Below, in pieces: positions 38,819 to 47,291 of a stretch of DNA of 64,000 nucleotides. The stretch lies in contig CAWDVE010000004.1 of assembly GCA_963805625.1 (NCBI GenBank), forward strand, positions 30,427 to 94,426, written 5' to 3'. The notes under the pieces are model-generated. The model searched no databases. It was not told the DNA's origin and saw nothing but the letters and a program-made list of their open reading frames with translations. The position numbers and the translations under genes are program-made. This DNA comes from an uncultured Candidatus Rokubacteria bacterium (lineage in GTDB: Bacteria > Methylomirabilota > Methylomirabilia > Rokubacteriales > DASRDR01). Within the stretch, counting starts at the first letter, position 1. The number at the start of each line of letters is the position of its first letter.

Positions 38819-39654
38819 GGCCGCTCGCGCGCGCGTACGGCCGAGGCCTCTGGGACGCGCGGGCGGTGCTCGGCTACACGATCCTCGTGAGCCTGACGCT
38901 CTTCATCGTCGCGCCGTTCCTGATGATCGCGCTTCGCTCGGTGGGCAAGGGGTGGTTCGGCAAGCTGTGGGTGCCGCCCCAGCTCACGCTCGAGTGGTAC
39001 CGCTGGGCGATCGAGGTCGGCAACATCCCGGAGGTGCTCCGGAACACGGTGATCATCGGCGTGATCGCGGTCGCGATCAGCACCACCATCGGGCTCTTCG
39101 CCGGCTGGGCGTTCGGCCGGCGGCGTCTCCCTGGCAAGGAGCTGCTGCTGGCGGTTTTCCTGCTGCCGCTCATGATCCCCTCGATCACCTATGCCCTCGG
39201 GGTCGCGCGGATCTTCTACGCGCTGCGTCTGGTGGATACTCACTTCGGGGTGGCGCTGGCCCACGTCGCGGTGTGCGCGCCGTACGCCATCATGGTGCTC
39301 GCGGCGACCTTCGAGGGGCTGGACGAGCGGGTGCTCGAGGCGGCGAGCGTGTGCGGCGCCGGCCCGGTCCGGCGCTTCTTCCACGTGGTGCTGCCGCTGG
39401 TGATGCCGGGGATCCTCGCCTCGGCGATCTTCACGTTCACGCACTCGTACAACGAGTTCACGCTGACGCTGCTCACGTACGGGCCGCACACGGTGACGCT
39501 GCCCGTACGAACCTACCTGGCGGTGGGCGACGGCTACTGGGAGATCACCAGCGCGATGGCGGTGCTCATGGTCGCGCCGTCGCTCCTGATCCTCGCATTG
39601 GTCCAGCGGCGCGCACGTCCCGAGCGCCTGGTCGGCGGCTTCAAGGGGGCGTGA
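38815..39654 (+). CDS. ABC transporter permease
   Basis: ATG 38815 (ATGA overlap). ..RVLEAASVCGAGPVRRFFHVVLPLV... The ORF-track start at 38353 is out-of-frame read-through of the previous gene. Confidence 0.85.
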   Translation: MRPLARAYGRGLWDARAVLGYTILVSLTLFIVAPFLMIALRSVGKGWFGKLWVPPQLTLEWYRWAIEVGNIPEVLRNTVIIGVIAVAISTTIGLFAGWAFGRRRLPGKELLLAVFLLPLMIPSITYALGVARIFYALRLVDTHFGVALAHVAVCAPYAIMVLAATFEGLDERVLEAASVCGAGPVRRFFHVVLPLVMPGILASAIFTFTHSYNEFTLTLLTYGPHTVTLPVRTYLAVGDGYWEITSAMAVLMVAPSLLILALVQRRARPERLVGGFKGA

Positions 39655-39655
39655 G

Positions 39656-40736
39656 GTGCCGGACCCGATGATCGAGCTTCGCGGCGTGACGACGCGCTAC
39701 GGCACGGTTCTCGCCAACGACCGCCTCGATCTCGTCGTCCACCGGGGCGAGCTCCTGACGCTGCTCGGCCCGTCGGGCTGCGGGAAGACCACGGCGCTCC
39801 GGACGCTCACGGGCCACGTGCGGCCCGACGAGGGCCGGGTCCTGATCGACGGGCGGGACGTGACGGACCTTCCCACGCACCGGCGCGATCTCGGCATGGT
39901 GTTCCAGAACTTCGCCCTGTTCCCGCACATGACGGTGCGCGACAACGTGGGCTTCCCGCTGATGATCCGCGGGGTGTCCGTCGCCGAGCGGGCCAGCCGC
40001 GTCGCGGAGGCGCTGCGGCTCGTCCGGCTGGAGGGGCACGCCGACAAGCAGCCGCGCCAGCTCTCCGGCGGCCAGCAGCAGCGGGTGGGGCTCGCCCGCG
40101 CGCTCGTGTACCGGCCGAAGGTGCTCCTCCTCGACGAGCCGCTCTCGAACCTCGACGCCAAGCTGCGCGAGGAGATGCGCTTCGAGATCCGGGACGTGGT
40201 CACGCGCCTCGGCGTGACGGCGGTGTACGTGACTCACGACCAGGAGGAGGCGCTCGCCCTGTCGGATCGCATCGCCATCATGCACCGCGGCCGCATCGAG
40301 CAGCTCGGCACACCCGAGGACATCTACGCGCGGCCCGCATCCCGGTTCGTCGCCGAGTTCGTCGGGCCTCTCGAGCTTCCTCGAGGGCGTGGTCGAGGCG
40401 GTGGGAGAGGGCGGAATGTGGGTCGCGGTGGGCGGCGGGCAGGTGACGGTACCGACGCTGCCGGGCGCGGCGCCGGGTCGTCGCGCGCTCCTCTTCGTGC
40501 GGCCGAACGAGGTCGAGCTGCTCCCCGGTGACGCGCCGGAGGCGGCGGGCGCTCTCCGGGCGACCGTGGAGGCGGCGACGTACCTGGGGGACCGCATGGA
40601 CTACCGGGTCCGTCTGGAGGGCGGGCTCGCCCTGCGCGTCCAGCAGGACGGCGGAGCGCGACTCGCGCCCGGAACCTCGGTGCGGCTCCGGCTTCCGCCC
40701 GGCCGGGTACGCGCGCTGTCCGACGCGAGCGCGTGA
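39656..40736 (+). pseudogene. ABC transporter ATP-binding protein interrupted by a 1-nt frameshift
   Basis: The N-terminal ATPase domain is intact in frame 2 ([33 protein letters not shown] ..RFVAEFVG). After about 40367 the homologous continuation (SSFLEGVVEAVGEGGMWVAVGGGQVTV..VRLRLPPGRVRAL, a TOBE-type domain) is in frame 0. Frame 2 decays into a Gly/Arg-rich tail ending at 40531. Confidence 0.75.
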
Positions 40737-40753
40737 AAGGAAGGGAAAGCATC

Positions 40754-41503
40754 ATGGGCACGCCAGTCACCCGCGTCGCGAGCCTGACGATGGAGGAGCT
40801 CGCCACGGCCCTGGGAGGGGGCCGCTGGCTGCTCCTGCCGTTCGGTACGGTGGAAGCGCACGGGCCTCATCTGGCCCTCGGCGCCGACCTGATCGACGCC
40901 GCGCGGATCTGCGGAGCGGTGGCCGAGCGCGTCGGTGGGCTCGTCGCCCCGGGCTTCCCCTACGGTGTCTGCCGCACGATGCGGAACTTCCCGGGCACCG
41001 TGTCGCTGTCGGCGGCGACCTTCACGGCTGCCGTGCGCGAGGTCGTGCGCGAGTACGTCCGCCACGGCGCGCGGCGGCTCGCGCTCTACTCCGGACATGC
41101 TGAGCCGGCCCAGCTCGAGGCGTTGCGCGAGGCGGTGGTCCCGATCGCCGACGCCGAGCCTGCCGTCGAGATCCTCGTCGTCGGGCCCTACGCCTTCCTC
41201 GACGCCGTGCGCGAGGCGGCCGGGCTCACGGGCCGCGACGGGCACGCGGCGTCCCTCGAGACGTCGACCCTGCTCGCGCTCGATCCCGGCGCCGTGAGGC
41301 TCGACCGCATCCCGGACGTCCGCGAGCGCCCGCGCCTGTCCGTGTTCCGCGTGGCGGCGCACCCCGAGACGGAGTTCCCGAGGGCGGTTCGAGGCGACAC
41401 GAGCCGGGTCTCGCTTGATCTCGGCCAGCGCGCGGTCGAGCACGTCGTGGCCGAGTTCACCACCCTCCTCGAGCGCGTGGCCCGGACGGGACGCGAATGG
41501 TAG
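40754..41503 (+). CDS. Creatininase-family amidohydrolase
   Basis: ..LLLPFGTVEAHGPHLALGADL.., ..GFPYGV..M.NFPGTVSLS.. fit the creatinine amidohydrolase fold family. ATG 40754 follows AGGAAGGGAAAG. Confidence 0.75.
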   Translation: MGTPVTRVASLTMEELATALGGGRWLLLPFGTVEAHGPHLALGADLIDAARICGAVAERVGGLVAPGFPYGVCRTMRNFPGTVSLSAATFTAAVREVVREYVRHGARRLALYSGHAEPAQLEALREAVVPIADAEPAVEILVVGPYAFLDAVREAAGLTGRDGHAASLETSTLLALDPGAVRLDRIPDVRERPRLSVFRVAAHPETEFPRAVRGDTSRVSLDLGQRAVEHVVAEFTTLLERVARTGREW

Positions 41504-42384
41504 GCCGCCCGGCTCGACGCTGGGCGGCGGCCGTGGCGGCCGGGCTCCGGGCCGCCGCCGCCGCCGTGCGGCGGACCGATCCGCGCCGCGGCCAGCGCGT
41601 GGTCGCCGGCCGGGCCGAGGGCTACCGGCCGTTCGACCCCGAGGTGATCGGGGTCGACACGGCGGCCGAGGGCGCGGCGGTCACCGCGCTCCGCCGCGCC
41701 GGAGTTCACGGCACCCTCCTGTCGGAGGAGGCCGGCGAGCGACCCCTCCCGCGACCCCGGACGGGGGCCTGCCCGGAGCCGGTCTACGTCGTCATGGATC
41801 CATTCGACGGCAGCATGCTCTACCGCCGCGGCATCCGCGCCATGTGGTATACGGGTCTCGGCCTCTGGGGACTCGACGGCACCTCGCGGGCCGCCGGCCT
41901 CGTGGACCACATCACGGGGGAGCTCGTCCTCTCGGACGGGAGCGGAGTCCGTCGGTGGACCCGTGCCAGGACGCGGCCGGACCGGCCGCGCCCCGCCCTG
42001 ACCCGCGAGATCGAGGCGGCCTTCGTCGAGGCCTACATGATGAAGCCGGCGTTTCTCTACCCGACCGCCGAGGCGCTGCGCCCGCTGCTCGACCGGGTCC
42101 GGTTCGTCTTGCCGAATGGCGGGCCCGGCGGGTTCGTCGACGTCGCCTGCGGGCGGGTCGACGTCTACCTTGCGTGGCGCGAGGCGCTGACCGAGGTGTT
42201 CTCCACCGTGGCCGTCGCCCTTGCCGCGGGATGCGTCGTCAGCGGCTGGGACGGCGCCCCGCTGGTCTTCCGTCCCGACATCAACGCGCTCCACACCGTG
42301 GTCTGCAGCGCCAACCCACGCCTGCACGCGGAGGTGCTCCGCGCGCTCGAGGGCGTCGCACCGCCCGGAGGGATCCCCGCATGA
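41497..42384 (+). CDS. IMPase/FBPase-superfamily phosphatase (divergent)
   Basis: Metal-site motifs LSEEAGE and VVMDPFDGS, and a C-terminal ..AAGCVVSGWDGAPL... Overlaps the creatininase-family gene by 7 nt. Confidence 0.65.
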   Translation: MVGRPARRWAAAVAAGLRAAAAAVRRTDPRRGQRVVAGRAEGYRPFDPEVIGVDTAAEGAAVTALRRAGVHGTLLSEEAGERPLPRPRTGACPEPVYVVMDPFDGSMLYRRGIRAMWYTGLGLWGLDGTSRAAGLVDHITGELVLSDGSGVRRWTRARTRPDRPRPALTREIEAAFVEAYMMKPAFLYPTAEALRPLLDRVRFVLPNGGPGGFVDVACGRVDVYLAWREALTEVFSTVAVALAAGCVVSGWDGAPLVFRPDINALHTVVCSANPRLHAEVLRALEGVAPPGGIPA

Positions 42385-43163
42385 GGTTCGGCTGCATCTG
42401 TGGCTCGTTCAACCGCTCGTTCGCCGCCGGCGCGATGGACCAGCTCCGCTTCGTCGCACACTGCAAGGACGTCCTCGGCGTCGCCGGCGTGGAGTTCCAG
42501 GACATTCACTTTCCGGAGACGCGCCCCGCGTACCTCGACCGGCTGCGCCGCGCGGCGGCGGACCGCGGCCTCGCGGTCATCGGCATCGGGATCCACAACG
42601 ACTTCGGTCGTCGGGACGAGTGCCTGCGGGCGAGCGAGGTGGTGAAGGTCAAGCAGTGGGTGGAGGTCGCCGAGCGACTCGGCGCGCCCATGGTCCGGGT
42701 CTTCGCCGGGTGGCCCGAGGGAACCGCGGCCGAGCGATGGGCCGACATGATCGTGGCCCTCCGGGAGGCCTCGGCCTTCGCGCACGCCGCAGGCGTGCGG
42801 CTCGCGCTCGAGAACGAGGCGGGCTTCACGCCGTCGGTCGCGGAGCACGTCCGGATCCTGGAGGAGGTGGGCTCTCCCGCGCTCGGGCTCCTGCTCGACA
42901 CGGGAAACTACCCCGCCGGATGGCTGTCCGTCGAGCAGGCGGCGCCGCGCGCGATGCACGTCCATGCGAAGTTCTGGAAGGTGGGGCCGGGCGGAGAGGA
43001 GCCCACGATGAACTATCCAGCCCTCCTGACGCAGCTGCGCCAGGAGGGCTACCCGGGCTGGATCACGTTCGAGTACGAGGCGGCCGAGCCCGAAGCCACG
43101 GGGCTCCCGCGCGCCTTCACATACCTGCGCCGTCTCGTGGAGTCCGTCGGAGTGGCGGGCTAG
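42381..43163 (+). CDS. Sugar phosphate isomerase/epimerase (xylose-isomerase-like TIM barrel)
   Basis: ATG 42381 (ATGA overlap). ..GVAGVEFQDIHF.., ..VRLALENE.., ..LLLDTGNY.., ..HVHAKF... Confidence 0.8.
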   Translation: MRFGCICGSFNRSFAAGAMDQLRFVAHCKDVLGVAGVEFQDIHFPETRPAYLDRLRRAAADRGLAVIGIGIHNDFGRRDECLRASEVVKVKQWVEVAERLGAPMVRVFAGWPEGTAAERWADMIVALREASAFAHAAGVRLALENEAGFTPSVAEHVRILEEVGSPALGLLLDTGNYPAGWLSVEQAAPRAMHVHAKFWKVGPGGEEPTMNYPALLTQLRQEGYPGWITFEYEAAEPEATGLPRAFTYLRRLVESVGVAG

Positions 43164-43252
43164 CGAAACTTCTGCTCAACCCCGTCGACGCATGGAGCAG
43201 GGTCGCCGGGGTGTGCCGCCGGCTTTCCCGGAGAGGGTCGCCCGGTGAGTCG

Positions 43253-43438
43253 CTAGGCCAGCGAGGGCGTGTCCTCGCGATCAGGGCGGGGGAGCAGCGA
43301 GGACCCCTGGCGCCGATCCTCGATCACGTCGATCCAGCCAAGGTCTGCAAAGAGCTCGCGCGCCGCCTCCAGCAGGCTGCTCTGCCCGCGTGCCACGACC
43401 AGGAGTGCGCGCTCGTCCCGAGGATCGTTGTCCGCCAT
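43253..43438 (-). CDS. Small conserved hypothetical protein (61 aa)
   Basis: ATG 43438 has an AAGGAGG SD 6 nt upstream (MADNDPRDERALLVVARGQSSLLEAARELFADLGWIDVIEDRRQGSSLLPRPDREDTPSLA). The ORF-track start at 43567 is probably too far upstream. Confidence 0.5.
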   Translation of the reverse strand: MADNDPRDERALLVVARGQSSLLEAARELFADLGWIDVIEDRRQGSSLLPRPDREDTPSLA

Positions 43439-43603
43439 GCGAACCTCCTTGCGGGTTGGTCGGCCGGCCACAACATCCAGTGTGACACTGGGCCCGATCA
43501 TACGACAGGCTGGGCCTGCGAAGCCAGGGCTTTCGGACGCCGAGGCGGGGCCCGCGGAACAGGCCACCCGCGGCCCGATCGCCCCACTTCACGGCCGGCG
43601 CGA

Positions 43604-43632
43604 TTGACACCCCTCGGAGCGGCCCCTAGAGT
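43604..43632 (+). promoter_or_regulatory. Sigma-70 promoter with leaderless geometry
   Basis: TTGACA (43604-43609), 17-nt spacer, TAGAGT (43627-43632). The GTG start of the kinase gene (43639) is exactly 7 nt after the -10 box. Confidence 0.55.
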
Positions 43633-43638
43633 GACAGC

Positions 43639-44496
43639 GTGGCTTCCGGCCGCGCAGGCGTGCCCCCGGACTTCGTCGCCGTGGGCCATCTCACCGTCGA
43701 CGAGCTGGAGGCCGGGCTTCGTCCCGGGGGCTCGGCGCTCTACGCGGGGCTCTTCGCCCACCATCAGGGCCTTCGGGTCGGGCTCTTGACGAGTTATGGT
43801 CCGGATTTCCCGTTCGACGTCCTCCCGCCGGAGATCGAGGTCGTCGCGGTGCCGGCGGCCGCCACGACGCGGTTCGCCCTCGACTATCGGTCCGGCGGGC
43901 GGCGCCTCACCCTCAAGGAGCGCGCTGCGAACCTCGAGTTCGAGCACCTGCCGGCCCACTTCGCGGAGGCAGGCCTCGCGTATCTCTGCCCCGTGGCGGA
44001 CGAGGTGTCGCCCGAGCTCGCAAGCGCGTTCCCGGACGCGGCCATCGGCGTCGGGGCTCAGGGCTGGTGCCGCGTGTGGGATCGTGACGGCATTGTGACG
44101 ATGCGGCCCTGGCCCGATCCGCAGCCCGTCCTCGCCCGAGCCCAGGCGCTCTTCCTCTCGAGCGACGACGTGGCGGGCTGGGAGTCGCGCGCGACCGAGC
44201 TCTACCAGGACGTGCCGCTCGGGGCCCTGACCTTCGCCGACAGGGGGGCGATCCTCCTCGTGAACGGGGAGCGGCATCCCGTCCTCGCGGCGCCGGCTCG
44301 GGAGGTTGAGCCGACGGGAGCGGGGGACGTCTTCGCCGCTGCGTTCCTCATCCGCTACAACCTCACCGGCGACCCTTTCGAGGCCGCCTCGTACGCGGCC
44401 GTCGCGGGCGCGCTCACGGTCGAGGCGCCCGGGATCTCCGGCGTGCCGACGGCCGAGCGCCTCGCCGGCCGGTGGCGGGCCTCGCAGCCGCGCTGA
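43639..44496 (+). CDS. PfkB-family carbohydrate kinase
   Basis: ..DFVAVGHLTVDE.., C-terminal PTGAGDVFAAAFLIRY (the GAGD anion-hole motif). Confidence 0.8.
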   Translation: MASGRAGVPPDFVAVGHLTVDELEAGLRPGGSALYAGLFAHHQGLRVGLLTSYGPDFPFDVLPPEIEVVAVPAAATTRFALDYRSGGRRLTLKERAANLEFEHLPAHFAEAGLAYLCPVADEVSPELASAFPDAAIGVGAQGWCRVWDRDGIVTMRPWPDPQPVLARAQALFLSSDDVAGWESRATELYQDVPLGALTFADRGAILLVNGERHPVLAAPAREVEPTGAGDVFAAAFLIRYNLTGDPFEAASYAAVAGALTVEAPGISGVPTAERLAGRWRASQPR

Positions 44497-44526
44497 GTCC
44501 GTCGCCCCCGCGCTCTGGAGGGACCC

Positions 44527-45345
44527 ATGAGCGAGTACTGGTGGATCATTTTCCTCTTCATCGCACTCCAACCGGTCATCAAGCAGAAGGTGCTCGAGGC
44601 CAGCCGGATGCGCGTCCTGAAGCGGCTCGAGCAGGGGCGCCGGAGCCGGGTCATCGCGCTGGTGCACCGCCAGGAGACGATGAGCCTCCTCGGGTTCCCG
44701 ATCATGCGCTACATCGACGTCAACGACTCGGAGGAGGTACTGCGGGCGATCGAGCTGACGGACTCCGAGGTCCCGATCGACCTCGTCGTCCACACGCCCG
44801 GCGGGCTCGTGCTGGCCGCCGGCCAGATCGCGCACGCGCTCAGGCGCCACCGGGGCAAGGTCACCGTCTTCGTCCCGCACTACGCCATGTCGGGTGGCAC
44901 TCTACTCGCGCTGGCGGCCGACGAGATCGTGATGGCCGCGAACGCCGTGCTCGGGCCCGTGGATCCTCAGCTCGGCCAGTCGCCGGCGGCCTCGATCCTC
45001 TCCGTCCTGGAGCGGAAGGAGATGAAGGACATCGACGACCAGACGCTCATCCTCGCGGACGTCGCCCGCAAGGCCTTCGTCCAGGTGCAGGTCATGGTCC
45101 GCGACCTCTTGATGGAGCACATGACGGAGGAGAAGGCGTCCGACATCGCGGTGAAGCTGTCGACCGGCACGTGGACGCACGACTATGCCATCACCGCGGA
45201 AGAGGCTAAGGCGCTGGGCCTCCCCGTGACAACCGAGATGCCTCCCGAGGTCTACGAGCTGATGCGGCTCTTCCCGCAGCCGACGCGCACGCGCCCGTCG
45301 GTCGAGTACGTGCCGATCCCGTACCGGCGGCCGGGGAACCCCTGA
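44527..45345 (+). CDS. SDH-family Clp-fold serine protease (membrane-anchored)
   Basis: N-terminal TM YWWIIFLFIALQPV; ..IDLVVHTPGGLVLAAGQIA..VFVPHYAMSGGTLLALAADEIVM.. Confidence 0.75.
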   Translation: MSEYWWIIFLFIALQPVIKQKVLEASRMRVLKRLEQGRRSRVIALVHRQETMSLLGFPIMRYIDVNDSEEVLRAIELTDSEVPIDLVVHTPGGLVLAAGQIAHALRRHRGKVTVFVPHYAMSGGTLLALAADEIVMAANAVLGPVDPQLGQSPAASILSVLERKEMKDIDDQTLILADVARKAFVQVQVMVRDLLMEHMTEEKASDIAVKLSTGTWTHDYAITAEEAKALGLPVTTEMPPEVYELMRLFPQPTRTRPSVEYVPIPYRRPGNP

Positions 45346-45402
45346 TGGGCCGTCGTCCTGCTGGGCGGCCTCACCCGGTCGCAAGGCCGCGGCGGCGGGG
45401 AC

Positions 45403-46179
45403 TCAGTGGTTGCGCCGGATGCTGCCGACGATCGACGCGTATCCCGAGCGGAGCACCGCGGCGTCCGATGAATAGTTGACCAGGGTCGCGCCGAGGGCGA
45501 TCATCTCGCGCACCCCTTCCAGGCTGTCGGTCAGCATCGCGACGGCCTTTCCGTGACGCCGGGCCGCCTCGACGAGACGGCGACGATGCTCGTCGATCAC
45601 GCCGCGCTGGGCGGGCGTGCCGAGCACACCTAGGTCCTGCGCGAGGTCCGAGGGCCCCAGCGTGAGCGCGTCAATCCCGGGGACGGCGGCGATCTCGTCG
45701 AGCCGATCGAACGCCCGCCTCGTCTCCAGCATGACGGTCACGTGGACGCGTGCGTTCGCCGTCGCCATGTGCTCGGTGACGGGGGGCGACTGGTAGCCCG
45801 TGTGGGGGCCGAAACCGTACATCCCGCGCTCGCCGAGCGGCGCGTAGCGGGCGGCCCGCGCCACTCCGACCGCCTGCTCCGGCGTGTCGACCTGGGGCAC
45901 GTGGAGGTTCAGCACCCCCGCGTCGAGGAGCCGGGTGATCCACTCGCGGCTGCCCTCGGGCGGGCGGACCACCAGCGGGAAATCGAGGGCGCGAGCGAGG
46001 GCCGCCATGTCGGCGACGGTCTCCATCGAGAAGGCGCCATGCTCCATGTCGATCCGCGCGAAGTCCAGCCCCGCGGCCTGGAGCAGCGTCAAGATCCCCG
46101 GCGTTCGGATCATCGTGATCCAGGTGCCGATCTGTACTTCCCCGCGCTCCGCGCGGACCCGCATCCGGTTGTCGGTCAT
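45403..46179 (-). CDS. HpcH/HpaI-family aldolase
   Basis: ATG 46179 has an AAGGAGAGAGG SD. ..GTWITMIRTPGILTLLQAAGLDFARIDMEHG.., ..VMLETRRAFDRLDEIAAVPGID... Confidence 0.85.
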   Translation of the reverse strand: MTDNRMRVRAERGEVQIGTWITMIRTPGILTLLQAAGLDFARIDMEHGAFSMETVADMAALARALDFPLVVRPPEGSREWITRLLDAGVLNLHVPQVDTPEQAVGVARAARYAPLGERGMYGFGPHTGYQSPPVTEHMATANARVHVTVMLETRRAFDRLDEIAAVPGIDALTLGPSDLAQDLGVLGTPAQRGVIDEHRRRLVEAARRHGKAVAMLTDSLEGVREMIALGATLVNYSSDAAVLRSGYASIVGSIRRNH

Positions 46180-46481
46180 CCTCTCTCCTTGGCGTGCCCG
46201 GCCTCGCCGTCGAGCGCCTGGCGGGCGCGGGCGATCTCCGCCGCCACGGCCTCGGGGCCGGGGAACTTGCGACGGACTCGCCGGTACCAGTATCGGGCGT
46301 TCTCGAGGTCGCCCTCGAGCGTGTGGACGATTCCGTGGAGCCACGCGGCGAGGTCGGACTTGTCGTGCTGGACGATCTCGTGGGCGGCCTGCCAGTCTCG
46401 GGACTCCAGGTGCGCCAGCGCGCGGGCCAGGGCGGCGGCGGAGGCGCGAGGCTGGGTCATCGTCGGTGAAGCTGGCGTCAA
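46176..46481 (-). CDS. Small conserved hypothetical protein
   Basis: ATGA overlaps at both ends (with the HugZ-like stop and the aldolase start). ..WQAAHEIVQHDKSDLAAWLHGIVHTLEGDLENARYWYRRV.. Confidence 0.55.
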   Translation of the reverse strand: MTPASPTMTQPRASAAALARALAHLESRDWQAAHEIVQHDKSDLAAWLHGIVHTLEGDLENARYWYRRVRRKFPGPEAVAAEIARARQALDGEAGHAKERG

Positions 46482-47266
46482 GCGCGGGCGCGCGCGTCCT
46501 GGAGCATCCGGATCAGGACACGGCGGGCGTCGTCGGCACTCGTGACCTCTGCCGGGAAGGGGATCCGCTCGGCGTGGAGCCGGCCACCGCTTCGGATCCG
46601 CAGGCGGAAGCCGAGACGATCGACGGCGACCATCGTGGCGGCCTCGGCGTCGGCCGCGCCCCCGAGCACCCGCGCGTAGACCACGAGCGCCTCCGGATGA
46701 TCCCGGTTCATGTGCTCGAGGATCCCCGCCGCCACGTCCGCCAGCGGGTCGACGCGGGACGCCTGGTAGACCGCCCCGTCGATCCAGTCCATGGCCGCGA
46801 AGCCGCCGACGAAGTAGAGGTCGACGATCTCGAGGCGGTGGAAGGCGAAGTCCTCGAAGTCGACCCAGTACGCGGCGTTCGCGTGGCGGGCGAGGTATGC
46901 GGCGCGCGCCTCGGCACGGGTGTCGGCCGGGACCGGCTTCACGGCGCCCATGAGCGTCACCCGCCCGGCTGCCAGGGGATCTCCGGCCCAGTCCGGCTCG
47001 GCGACGAAGAGGCTCGCCCGCGAATCCCCGGCGAGATTCTGGGTGTGGACCGCCATCGAGCTGATGAGGAAGAGCGGCCGGCCGGTCCCGTCGAGCGCGT
47101 ACGGCATGAGCGACGCGAAGGGGTGCTGCGGGTGGCGGCGGGAGAGGGTCGCGAGGGTGCCGGTCCGGGCGCGGTGGACGAGCGTGCGGGCGCGCTCGGC
47201 GTAGGTCGGCTCGGGCGGTGGCGGCGGTGCGTCCGGATCGGGCGGGGGGCCGGCGTGTCGATTCAT
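46478..47266 (-). CDS. HugZ-like pyridoxamine-5'-phosphate-oxidase-fold protein (haem-utilisation type, with DUF2470-like C-terminus)
   Basis: ..ARTLVHRARTGTLATLSRRHPQHPFASLMPYALDGTGRPLFLISSMAVHTQNL.. Confidence 0.7.
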   Translation of the reverse strand: MNRHAGPPPDPDAPPPPPEPTYAERARTLVHRARTGTLATLSRRHPQHPFASLMPYALDGTGRPLFLISSMAVHTQNLAGDSRASLFVAEPDWAGDPLAAGRVTLMGAVKPVPADTRAEARAAYLARHANAAYWVDFEDFAFHRLEIVDLYFVGGFAAMDWIDGAVYQASRVDPLADVAAGILEHMNRDHPEALVVYARVLGGAADAEAATMVAVDRLGFRLRIRSGGRLHAERIPFPAEVTSADDARRVLIRMLQDARARA

Positions 47267-47291
47267 GCGTGGCGCGCCCCTGCCTCGCCCC

